DNA of 64,000 bases, taken from an uncultured Candidatus Saccharibacteria bacterium (lineage in GTDB: Bacteria > Patescibacteriota > Dojkabacteria > CAZCSM01). The notes under the pieces were generated by a model that did no database searches, was not told where the DNA came from, and was given only the letters and a program-made list of their open reading frames with translations. The DNA lies in the NCBI GenBank assembly GCA_964501355.1, contig CAZCSM010000006.1, positions 2,347 through 66,346 on the forward strand. The letters run 5' to 3'. Both the position numbers and the translations under genes were made by a program. Below, piece after piece: positions 31,104 to 39,605 of this stretch; position 1 is the stretch's first letter; every line of letters begins with the position of its first letter.

Positions 31104-31402
31104 AAGAATTATCAGATAAAATACAAAAGAATATAGTAATTTACATAGAAGTGTTTATTTATGCCGTAATGCTTGCTGTAAACATTTTCTTCGCCTTTGA
31201 AATATATGCGAAGGTCATAGAGAAAGTTGCTCCCAGTGCAAAGACGGTTGAGCTGGAAATCTCAAGTCTAAATTCTCTCAATGAAGACTTGCTAAATGTT
31301 TTCAAGGAAGATCATCAGGAAAGAAAGACCTATATTGAGAGTGGTGATGGTACGTTTGAGAATAAATGGCAAACTCTCTCAAATCCACGCTCTCCATTCT
31401 AA
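31100..31402 (+). CDS. Small membrane protein (PilP position)
   Basis: One TM segment, C-terminal RSPF; last gene of the cluster. Confidence 0.55.
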   Translation: MKELSDKIQKNIVIYIEVFIYAVMLAVNIFFAFEIYAKVIEKVAPSAKTVELEISSLNSLNEDLLNVFKEDHQERKTYIESGDGTFENKWQTLSNPRSPF

Positions 31403-31483
31403 CTTCCCCCTGAACTCAAGATTTCTACATTTAACTTGTTAAGATTCGTGTGCGTTCGCTGTATTGTCTTTTTTTCTGCAATA

Positions 31484-31514
31484 GAAAAATCCCCTATAGA
31501 ATAGGGGATTTTTC
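31484..31514. terminator. Bidirectional intrinsic terminator between convergent genes
   Basis: GAAAAATCCCCTAT-aga-ATAGGGGATTTTTC, a perfect 14-bp stem. Confidence 0.8.
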
Positions 31515-31536
31515 ATGCTTACCTTGGAAATAGATC

Positions 31537-31998
31537 TTAGTATGTCAAGTAGAACTTTGTTTCTTCTTGATCTGCATTCACTTCCATATTGTTTGTTGCA
31601 ACAATGATGTGTTGAGGTGATGCTGTACTATCTACACCGATTAGATACTCTGTAGTTCCATCTGGGTCTACAGGTAGTTCACTTAGATAAGTTGTAAGTC
31701 CATCAAGGTCACTTACGTTACATGCGCCTGCTGTTCCACAAGTAGGTGCTCCAGATACTGTTAATGAATCAAGTGCTGCTCCGCCGATTGTTGGGAAGGC
31801 ACCATTATTATCAATAGTATAAACACTTACTGCTTGAAGAACTGCATTCACATCTTCTCTTCGTCTCGAGTTTCTTGCATCTTGGAATCTTTTCACAGGA
31901 TTTAATGCAACAAGTGTTACAACTGCGAGAATACCAAGAATAGCGATGACTACAAGGATTTCAATTAAGGTAAAACCTTTTTGATTAAGCTTTCTCAT
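31537..31998 (-). CDS. Type IV pilin (likely major pilin)
   Basis: KG|FTLIEILVVIAILGILA...ARNSRRREDV...YLSELPVDP. Stand-alone gene with a very strong RBS. Confidence 0.92.
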   Translation of the reverse strand: MRKLNQKGFTLIEILVVIAILGILAVVTLVALNPVKRFQDARNSRRREDVNAVLQAVSVYTIDNNGAFPTIGGAALDSLTVSGAPTCGTAGACNVSDLDGLTTYLSELPVDPDGTTEYLIGVDSTASPQHIIVATNNMEVNADQEETKFYLTY

Positions 31999-32007
31999 TT
32001 GATATAC

Positions 32008-32017
32008 TCACCTCCTT
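32008..32017 (-). promoter_or_regulatory. Full-length Shine-Dalgarno of the pilin gene
   Basis: AAGGAGGTGA on the - strand, 9 nt from the ATG. Confidence 0.85.
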
Positions 32018-32079
32018 GTGATTTTAGACAGTTTAAGTTTTCACAATATTCGTTTATCAGTTGAATATCGTTCATTACC

Positions 32080-32109
32080 AATCTACATTATTGTGTTCTT
32101 CCTTGTCAA
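32080..32109 (-). promoter_or_regulatory. Possible sigma70 promoter of the pilin gene
   Basis: On the - strand: TTGACA (32109-32104), 18 nt, TAGATT (32085-32080). Confidence 0.4.
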
Positions 32110-32201
32110 GAAGACACTTTTTTTGTTTCAAAAACATAGTAAATGCAAAGTTTTGCAATTTGTTGTAGAATGTAAAAGATTAGTTAAATGGAACTTTCAG
32201 T

Positions 32202-32987
32202 ATGTCAGGACATTCCAAATGGTCAACTATTAAAAGGAAAAAGGGTGCTCTAGATGCTAAGCGAGGTCAAGTCTTCACGAAGATCTCAAAGATGATAACT
32301 ATCGCTGCACAAGAAGGCGGTGGTGATCCAGATATGAACTTCTCTTTGCGTATTGCTATAGAGAAGGCAAAAGAGGCAAACATGCCAAAAGACAACATCG
32401 ACAGAGCTGTTAAAAAAGGATTGGGAGAGGGTGGTGGTGAAGCGTTAGTTGAAATGTCATATGAGGGCTATGGTCCTGAGGGAGTTGCTGTTATTGTTGA
32501 TGCAATGACAGATAATAGAAATCGTACTGCAGCCGAGGTTCGCCATATTTTTGAGGGTTGCGGCGGATCATTGGGATCGGATGGCGCCGTTTCTTGGCAG
32601 TTTGAAACAAAAGGTTTGATTACGATTAAATGTAAAAAGATTCAAAAATCAGAGAAATTTGGTAAAGAGGACGAAGAGGTTTCTATCGATAAGGACGAAT
32701 GCATGTTAGAGATTATGGAGGTTGAGGGTGTAGAAGACGTTCGGGAAATAGATCTGGAAGAAGAAGGCTTGGGTCTAGAAATTTATTCTGATAAAAAGGA
32801 CTTTGCTCCAGTACGGGGACAGGTTGAGCAGTTAGGTTATGTAATTGTTTCCTCTGAAATCATCAAGGTTCCGACCAATCCTACGAAAGTCAGTGCTGAA
32901 GTAGTTGAGAAAGTCCATCACTTTATAGAGTCTATGGAGGAAAATGAGGATGTCCAAAATGTTTGGGTTAATATAGACTTAGAATAA
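32202..32987 (+). CDS. YebC/PmpR-family protein
   Basis: MSGHSKWSTIKRKK, NMPKDNIDRA, YEGYGPEG, TDNRNRT. Confidence 0.96.
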   Translation: MSGHSKWSTIKRKKGALDAKRGQVFTKISKMITIAAQEGGGDPDMNFSLRIAIEKAKEANMPKDNIDRAVKKGLGEGGGEALVEMSYEGYGPEGVAVIVDAMTDNRNRTAAEVRHIFEGCGGSLGSDGAVSWQFETKGLITIKCKKIQKSEKFGKEDEEVSIDKDECMLEIMEVEGVEDVREIDLEEEGLGLEIYSDKKDFAPVRGQVEQLGYVIVSSEIIKVPTNPTKVSAEVVEKVHHFIESMEENEDVQNVWVNIDLE

Positions 32988-33497
32988 TTGATGTCAAAGA
33001 AATCATCTATTCGTATATTGGGGATTGATCCCGGGATTGCAATAACAGGGTGGGGGATTGTAGATTTTGACGGAAACCAGTGTAAAGTAATTTCATATGG
33101 TGCAATTATTACTAACTCTGACCAACTGATTGAAGATCGTTTGAATATTCTTTTTGATGATTTGGATGAAGTCGTAGCAGAATTCTCTCCTTCCGTTATG
33201 GCAATAGAGCAATTGTTTTTTTTCAAAAATGCAAAAACGATAATTACCGTTGGGGAGGCGAGGGGGGTTACACTGCTTGCCGCGAAGAGATGCAATCTTG
33301 GAATATTTGAGTATACGCCCTTGCAAATAAAGCAGGCTGTGACAGGCTATGGGCGTGCTGCCAAAGCTCAGATGCAGCAGATGATAACGGAATTGCTAAA
33401 ACTTGAGGAAACGCCAAAGCCTGATGATGTTGCTGATGCATTGGCAGTAGCCTATACTCACAGTGTATATAATAATCACTTTAAATTCGAAAAATGA
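32988..33497 (+). CDS. ruvC: Holliday junction resolvase
   Basis: ILGIDPG, AIEQLFF, GEARGV, EYTPLQIK..VTGYG.A.K, DDVADALAVA. Confidence 0.96.
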   Translation: MMSKKSSIRILGIDPGIAITGWGIVDFDGNQCKVISYGAIITNSDQLIEDRLNILFDDLDEVVAEFSPSVMAIEQLFFFKNAKTIITVGEARGVTLLAAKRCNLGIFEYTPLQIKQAVTGYGRAAKAQMQQMITELLKLEETPKPDDVADALAVAYTHSVYNNHFKFEK

Positions 33498-34081
33498 TAG
33501 GATATCTAAAAGGTACTGTAATTGAAACCGATGCAGAGACTCTAATTTTAAATGTTAGTGGAGTAGGGTACCTAGTTCATGCTAATACCTCTGTCATACG
33601 CAAGGATGAAGATAAGGAGTTTTATATCTATACACATGTTCGCGAAGATCAGCTAAATTTGTATGGATTTCCCACTCAAGAAGAACTGACCCTATTTAAA
33701 ATTTTGATTTCCGTTAAAGGAGTTGGACCAAAAGTGGCGATGAGTATTCTTTCCAATCTCAGTGTGGAAGAGCTTGCTCAGGCTGTTCTACTTGATGACG
33801 CGAAAACAATTCAGTCTGTTCCAGGAATTGGGAAAAAAGGTGCTGAGCGGATTGTTCTTGAAATAAGAGGACAGATTGAGAACTTAGGATATTCTGCAAA
33901 GGGTGGAGTAGAAAGAAACACAACGAAGATAGCGAGTAACTTGAAAAAGGAAGTTCTTGGTGCCCTGCAAAACCTCGGTTATAATAAAGGGGAAGCAGAA
34001 GATAGACTGGATGCTGTGATGCAGGACTATTCTGGCGAAATGAAGGTCGAAACTCTGATTAAACTATGTTTGAGCACATAA
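33494..34081 (+). CDS. ruvA: Holliday junction DNA helicase subunit A
   Basis: [38 protein letters not shown]. Confidence 0.96.
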   Translation: MIGYLKGTVIETDAETLILNVSGVGYLVHANTSVIRKDEDKEFYIYTHVREDQLNLYGFPTQEELTLFKILISVKGVGPKVAMSILSNLSVEELAQAVLLDDAKTIQSVPGIGKKGAERIVLEIRGQIENLGYSAKGGVERNTTKIASNLKKEVLGALQNLGYNKGEAEDRLDAVMQDYSGEMKVETLIKLCLST

Positions 34082-34085
34082 AATT

Positions 34086-35087
34086 GTGATAGAAAAGAGA
34101 ATTGTTTCTCCCACTGCGGATAAACAGGATGTTAAAATAGAAAAAACATTAAGACCTCGAACTTTAAAGGAATTAATCGGGAGGGAGCAGGAAAAGGAAA
34201 GCTTCAACATATTAATTGATGCCGCGAAGAAACGTGGTGCTTCTATCGACCATGTCTTATTATATGGTCCGCCGGGGCTTGGCAAAACTACTCTTGCTCA
34301 TATTTTGGCAAATGAGATGAACGTTGGAATCAAGGTCACATCGGGGCCGGCCATTGAGCGCGCTGGTGATTTGGCTGCAATTCTAACGAACCTTCAAAAA
34401 CACGACATCTTGTTTATTGATGAGATACATAGATTGAACAAGGTTGTCGAGGAAATCTTATACCCTGCTATGGAAGATTCTTCCTTAGATATAATTATTG
34501 GGAAGGGACCTTCTGCAAGAACTGTCAAATTAGACTTGCCGCCATTCACCTTGATCGGTGCTACGACTAAGATTGGTATGCTCAGTTCTCCGTTGCGTGA
34601 TCGTTTCGGAGTCATTCACAGACTTAATTATTATAGTGAGGAGGAGCTTGCGCAGATAATTATTCGGTCTGCAGATGTGCTCGGTGTATCCATATCACAA
34701 GAGTATGCAAAGGAAATTGCGGAAAGATCTCGCGGGACAGCCAGAATTGCAAATAGACTGCTGAAACGTGTTCGAGACTATGCGGAAGTAAAAAATGATA
34801 GTGTTATCGATAGTAATGTCGTTGCAGAATCACTGAATATAATAGGCGTTGATAAAAATGGTTTGGATAACTTGGATAGAATGGTTCTCTCGGTAATATT
34901 AGAAAATTATAGTGGCGGGCCTGTCGGTCTTAAGGCTATTGCTGCCGTAATATCTGAGGATGTGGATACCCTTGCTGATGTTTGCGAGCCATACCTCCTG
35001 CAAAACGGTTATATCCTGAGAACGCCACGAGGAAGGGTTGCAACTAAAAAAGCCTATGATTTACTTGGTTTAGAATATAAATTTTAA
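34086..35087 (+). CDS. ruvB: Holliday junction DNA helicase subunit B
   Basis: [43 protein letters not shown]. Confidence 0.97.
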   Translation: MIEKRIVSPTADKQDVKIEKTLRPRTLKELIGREQEKESFNILIDAAKKRGASIDHVLLYGPPGLGKTTLAHILANEMNVGIKVTSGPAIERAGDLAAILTNLQKHDILFIDEIHRLNKVVEEILYPAMEDSSLDIIIGKGPSARTVKLDLPPFTLIGATTKIGMLSSPLRDRFGVIHRLNYYSEEELAQIIIRSADVLGVSISQEYAKEIAERSRGTARIANRLLKRVRDYAEVKNDSVIDSNVVAESLNIIGVDKNGLDNLDRMVLSVILENYSGGPVGLKAIAAVISEDVDTLADVCEPYLLQNGYILRTPRGRVATKKAYDLLGLEYKF

Positions 35088-35089
35088 AG

Positions 35090-35854
35090 ATGCAAAAACG
35101 AACAAGAATTGGTGTGCTAAGTGTTCTTATGGGAGTACTCTTGTTACTCAGTCCTTCGTTTCACATCGGCAACCCGGCACTGTTTGCTGTTCTGGTGGCT
35201 TCTGTAATGTATTTTGGTCTTTATTGGGTTTTGGAATTTAACGTCATTGGGCTGCGCTTGATTTTTGTTTTTCTTCTACCAATAATTTTTACATTCTTAT
35301 TCGTTCAAAGATTACTAAGTGCATGGGGTAGTGGCGCAATCAGCTTCCCGATCGCTGTGTTTTTTGCCATCCTTACTTACGTTCTAATACTAACTGCAAA
35401 TATCTTGAATGTTGCATCGGTTAAGAAAATCCCGCTGCTTCAGGTCGCTCAGACGTCATTGTATTTCTTCTCTACAGTTACCGTTTTCTTTGCTTTCGAC
35501 GCCATTCAGGGCCTGGAAATGGGTACTATACTTGATGTTTTAATTATTGCTTTAGTGGGATTTATAATCACATACCAGCTGATGTGGTTTATTTTGGAGT
35601 CAAGAGCAGACCTCTTTAATGCCGCCTTGATGATCGATCTGGCTTTGGTGATGATTTACTTTGCTTTGTCCTTCTTTCCAATACCATATATGCTCTATAA
35701 CCTAGTTCTCGCGACTGTCTTCTACATCCTTTCTGGGTTATTCATGCATTCAGCAAAGAAGAGTCTTACCGTCGGTATTATTATCGAGTATGTTGTTGTT
35801 ATTGCTGTAATATCTACAATATCAATCCTATCACTTAATTGGGGAAGCTTCTAA
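35090..35854 (+). CDS. Polytopic membrane protein of unknown function
   Basis: About 8-9 hydrophobic segments; LTANILNVA...IPLLQVA. Confidence 0.75.
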   Translation: MQKRTRIGVLSVLMGVLLLLSPSFHIGNPALFAVLVASVMYFGLYWVLEFNVIGLRLIFVFLLPIIFTFLFVQRLLSAWGSGAISFPIAVFFAILTYVLILTANILNVASVKKIPLLQVAQTSLYFFSTVTVFFAFDAIQGLEMGTILDVLIIALVGFIITYQLMWFILESRADLFNAALMIDLALVMIYFALSFFPIPYMLYNLVLATVFYILSGLFMHSAKKSLTVGIIIEYVVVIAVISTISILSLNWGSF

Positions 35855-36155
35855 GAAGCTTTGGGTATATCAATCCAAGAACGAGAATCTATTCAGCCTG
35901 TTTTCCCGTCTTTATAATAAGAATCCTCTATGAGGATTCTCTCACTTTTGTTTATTAATACGGCGGATTGTAATCATGCAAAACTTTAAGAGGCATTAGT
36001 AAAGAGTGGGGGAGTAGGGGCCTCAAGATTAGAGATTGATAATTATTATCCCATAATTATAAAACTATAGGACCTGGAGTTAATAAAGTTTTAATAATTC
36101 AAAATAGGGTGAAACGGACAGTGAAACAGGAATACGCGTAACATTCATAGCTTAC

Positions 36156-36164
36156 TGTGGATAA
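36156..36164 (-). promoter_or_regulatory. Perfect DnaA-box consensus
   Basis: TGTGGATAA (reverse complement TTATCCACA) in a 716-bp non-coding region. Only one perfect copy was seen. Confidence 0.35.
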
Positions 36165-36361
36165 GTACCCCTGTGACCATATCCTCGGGGGAGACCCGGT
36201 TTAACACAAATAATGTATAAATAATAATTGTATTTATCTTATAAACGTTGATGGTGGAGGATTAAATAGATGAATATTATTCTAATTATTCCCCATTAGG
36301 GCGCGTTGATCTAAAATGTTTGCAAATCGACAATCTGAGTGCTAATATAAGAGCATAAACT

Positions 36362-36389
36362 ATTTCGTATAATCACCCTTATGCGAAGT
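36362..36389. other. dif-like Xer recombination site
   Basis: ATTTCGTATAA-TCACCC-TTATGCGAAGT: 11-6-11 layout, arms match 9/11 as an inverted repeat, inner ATAA/TTAT typical of dif. About 180 bp upstream of a Xer-family gene. Confidence 0.75.
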
Positions 36390-36570
36390 ACTGTGTCGAC
36401 AGGGAGCGACGGGGCAGTCCCCTGTTCTATTTTCAATATTTGCTGATTTATCTCTTTGCTTCTATAATTAATTTGAATTATTAATCATTTATTTTTATAA
36501 ACAATTCTTTTATTTACCTTTCGGTCTTGTATTCGTTCTATTACTATTAACTTTCATTGAAAATACGCTT

Positions 36571-37686
36571 ATGGTTGCTTTAGATCCCCTATCGATTGAA
36601 ATTCCTTATAAAGAGGACTTTTTGATTGATTTGACAAACAATAATTACTCTATTGAAACTGTTTATAACTACGGTAGGGATCTTACGGTCTTTGAAAGGT
36701 TTCTACAATCACGTAAAGTTCCATTTGAGAAGTTGGATAAAAGGACGATTAGTTTGTACAAAGGATTTTTACGCTCAGGGAAACATTTGGAAATAATAAA
36801 TGAGCTTCGAGATAGAGAAGAATTTTTGAAAATTACGGGACATGCTTCAATTAACATTGGTGATACGGCAGAATCTCGTGTGACGAATTCTAAGGGGGTT
36901 CTAAGCGACGATAAGGTTGCAGGTGCTACACGAGGTGCTTTGCAAAATACAAGTTTGAATAAACTCTCGGCTCGATCTGTGAATCGGATGCTTTCTGCTC
37001 TCAGATCTTACCTCGGATATTTGCTCGACTATGATTATGTATGTCCGATTGCTCCCGAAGTTATTAAACTTATAAAAACGGAACGTAAAGAATCTCAAGT
37101 TGCTGATCTTGATGAATTAATTCAAATTATCGAAGCTTCAGAATTATATGAGGAAGATGACTTTGTTAAACTTCGAAATCGTGCAATGCTTGAAGTTCTT
37201 TTTTCAACTGGGATGAGAATCTCTGAACTTGTTAGTTTAGGAACTGCGGATATTAATGCGGAAGGTAAGATCTATATTATGGGTAAAGGAAAGAAGCAGC
37301 GTATGGTTTATTTGACCGAAAGGGCTAGGGGGCATTTGAATGAGTATATGAAGAGAAGAGGGACTTCTGAATTTTCTACCTCCCCTGCTCTATTTTTATC
37401 TTCTCGCGGTCAGGGGAAAAATACGAGAAAAAGTCGAATAACTCCACGTTATGTTCAGATGAAAATTCAACAATATCGCAAACTTTTGGGGATTGTGGTT
37501 CCGGTGACGCCACATGGTTTGAGGCACGGTTTCGCAACTTATTTGGCTGAAGAAGGCGCAAATCCGGCGGCGATCCAGAGGCTTCTCGGTCATGAATCTC
37601 TTCAAACTACGACAAGATATGTGCATGCGTCGGATAAATTTGCAGAGGAAACACATAAGAAATATCATCCGCTGGCGGTGGGATAA
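36571..37686 (+). CDS. Xer-family tyrosine recombinase
   Basis: YSIETVYNY..DL..F, RNRAMLEVLFSTGMRISEL (R), GKGKKQR (K), TPHGLRH (HxxR), LLGHESLQTTTRY (H, catalytic Y). Confidence 0.93.
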   Translation: MVALDPLSIEIPYKEDFLIDLTNNNYSIETVYNYGRDLTVFERFLQSRKVPFEKLDKRTISLYKGFLRSGKHLEIINELRDREEFLKITGHASINIGDTAESRVTNSKGVLSDDKVAGATRGALQNTSLNKLSARSVNRMLSALRSYLGYLLDYDYVCPIAPEVIKLIKTERKESQVADLDELIQIIEASELYEEDDFVKLRNRAMLEVLFSTGMRISELVSLGTADINAEGKIYIMGKGKKQRMVYLTERARGHLNEYMKRRGTSEFSTSPALFLSSRGQGKNTRKSRITPRYVQMKIQQYRKLLGIVVPVTPHGLRHGFATYLAEEGANPAAIQRLLGHESLQTTTRYVHASDKFAEETHKKYHPLAVG

Positions 37687-37688
37687 GA
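37621..37688 (+). repeat. Direct repeat copy 1 (3' end of the xer gene)
   Basis: 64/68 identical to 39306-39373. Confidence 0.93.
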
Positions 37689-37890
37689 AAATTAAAAATT
37701 AAAAATTAAAAAGTAAAAAAGAAATTTTACGGTTTCAGTGGCAGGGACAGGATGAGGGTTTTTGTAGTCTGGAAAGTGCAATGCACTGTTACTCGTCACT
37801 GAATTTGTGTAAAAAATCTCTTGCAATCAGGCGGATTTTTGATAATATATGTCATATACTTATAAATATTTATAGTTTTGTGTCACAAAC

Positions 37891-38514
37891 ATGCGTTTTT
37901 TAGATTTTAAACAAAAGCTTGAAGGTTTTGTAGTATTTTCTTTGGATGATATTGGGGCTTTTGATCCGAATTTTAATATGGTTCAATTGTCGCAGTGGCA
38001 AAAGAAAAATTACATTAGGAAAATTATAAAGGGAAAGTATATTTTCTCTGATTCAGATTTAAATGAAAAACATCTTTTCTTAATCAGTAATGAGCTTTTG
38101 TCGCCGTCATATATTTCATTAGAAACGGCACTTTCGTGGTATGGAATAATACCCGAAGGTGTTTATACGATAACGGCGGTTTCACCTATTCGAACTATGG
38201 ATTATCAAGTTTCAATTGGTAATTTTTCTTACAATAAGATAAAGAAGTCGGCTTTCTTCGGAGATGTTGTGAATGAGATTCCCGGAACTAAGAGAAAATA
38301 TAGGATTGCTTCAATAGAAAAAGCCATTATTGATTATTTGTATTACCACAAAGAAATAGTATCTTCTGATGATATCGATGCTTTGCGATTTAATAGTACT
38401 GTCATAAAAAACGGTTTAGACTTTAATCTCTTCATTTCATATGCGAAGGTTATTGAAAACGCAGAGTTATTGAAAAGAGCCAATATTTTTGTAAAGTATT
38501 TTGAGAATGCTTAA
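37891..38514 (+). CDS. AbiEi-like type IV toxin-antitoxin antitoxin
   Basis: N-terminal wHTH (QLSQWQKKNYIRKIIKGKY), PSYISLETALSWYGIIPE, IASIEKAIIDYLY. Confidence 0.85.
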   Translation: MRFLDFKQKLEGFVVFSLDDIGAFDPNFNMVQLSQWQKKNYIRKIIKGKYIFSDSDLNEKHLFLISNELLSPSYISLETALSWYGIIPEGVYTITAVSPIRTMDYQVSIGNFSYNKIKKSAFFGDVVNEIPGTKRKYRIASIEKAIIDYLYYHKEIVSSDDIDALRFNSTVIKNGLDFNLFISYAKVIENAELLKRANIFVKYFENA

Positions 38515-39280
38515 ATTAAGTGAAATTAAAGAGAATTATTCTCCTAAATTACAGGTTTTCTCAAGAGGAATTCTGAGAGAATATATTCAATACAAGATTC
38601 TTGAGGTTATTTATAGTTCCAAATTTGCTTCGAAGTTGGTTTTCATGGGCGGAACAGCTCTTCGAATTGTTTATGATAATCAGAGGTTTTCTGAAGATTT
38701 AGACTTTGATAATTTTTCTTTAACAGTTGATGATTTTGAGAATCTTACCAATTTAATAGAGAATTCTTTGGAGAATGAGGGTTATGAAATAGAGATTAGG
38801 AATGTCTACAAAGGTGCTTTTCATTGTTATATCAAAATTCCGAAAGTATTGCAGCTTGAGGGTTTATCTGATATTTCGAACGAAAAGATTACGATTCGAA
38901 TTGATACAACTCCTCAAAATTATGATTATAAGAAGGGTTTATTTTTGATTGATAAATTTGGTGTGTATCAGAATATTTCTGTTGTCCCAATAGAGCTTTT
39001 GATGGCACAGAAGTTTGCTGCGATTTTAGGCAGGAAACGTGCAAAGGGTCGAGATTATTTTGATTTGTCGTATTTGTTTGGTTTGGGTGTTGAACCTGAT
39101 ATGTTATATATTGAAAAGAAATTAGGGTTTTCAAATTTGTCTGAACTTCGGATTGCTGTTCTCGATCATCTTAAGAATGTAAATTTGGAGGATATGGTTA
39201 AAGATGTGGAAAAGTTCTTGTTTAATCCTAGTCACACTGACAGAATAAGAAATTTTCCGCAAATGATAGAAAAGCTTTGA
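38501..39280 (+). CDS. AbiEii/AbiGii-type nucleotidyltransferase toxin
   Basis: LVFMGGTALRIVY...RFSEDLDF, K..A...R...RDYFDL; overlaps the antitoxin stop codon. Confidence 0.9.
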   Translation: MRMLKLSEIKENYSPKLQVFSRGILREYIQYKILEVIYSSKFASKLVFMGGTALRIVYDNQRFSEDLDFDNFSLTVDDFENLTNLIENSLENEGYEIEIRNVYKGAFHCYIKIPKVLQLEGLSDISNEKITIRIDTTPQNYDYKKGLFLIDKFGVYQNISVVPIELLMAQKFAAILGRKRAKGRDYFDLSYLFGLGVEPDMLYIEKKLGFSNLSELRIAVLDHLKNVNLEDMVKDVEKFLFNPSHTDRIRNFPQMIEKL

Positions 39281-39305
39281 AAGAAGCTTCCCCTACTTTC
39301 TTTGT

Positions 39306-39373
39306 GTACATGCTTCGGATAAATTCGCAGAGGAAACGCATAAGAAATATCATCCGCTGGCGGTGGGATAAGA
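39306..39373 (+). repeat. Direct repeat copy 2 (orphan xer 3' fragment, VHASDKFAEETHKKYHPLAVG*)
   Basis: Encodes the same 21 codons plus stop as the xer 3' end, with 4 synonymous differences. Confidence 0.93.
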
Positions 39374-39605
39374 TAAGGAAAAAGTAAAAAGGAAAAATAT
39401 GTGGTGAGCTTGTCCCTCCTTAGCGGGACGAAGTAAAACTAGGGGAAAAAAGATGCTTTTTCCTCAAATTTTTGGTAAAATGTTATCTTATATCTATATA
39501 TTATATCATTTTTATTTATTTATTTTATTTGTAGAATAAAATGCTGACACTAACAGGAGACCAACAATAGAATCTATTCTTGGAGATGAAGTTTTAGATC
39601 GTGCT

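Larger units (their letters stand above)
37621..39373 (+). mobile_element. Putative small integrated AbiE islet bounded by xer 3'-end direct repeats
   Basis: AbiEi/AbiEii pair between two 68-bp direct repeats spaced 1685 bp apart. Confidence 0.6.

Noticed and set aside
36100-36210. Fragments resembling RNase P RNA (AGGGTGAAACGG, ACCCGGTTTA)
   Set aside because: The conserved GAGGAAAGTCC half of P4 was not found on either strand, so the call is unsupported without a covariance-model search.
37734-37803. TTCAGTG...CACTGAA stem with inner AGTGCA-A-TGCACT
   Set aside because: Short arms and no recognisable RNA family; insufficient evidence.
36571-39373. Integron (IntI plus cassette)
   Set aside because: The recombinase lacks the IntI-specific insertion in the catalytic domain, the cargo is downstream and co-oriented, and no attC structure was recognised.
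39401-39435. Short hairpin GTCCC-TCCTTAGC-GGGAC within GTGAGCTTGTC...GAA
   Set aside because: Single, short copy in the window; cannot be told apart from chance without a genome-wide count.
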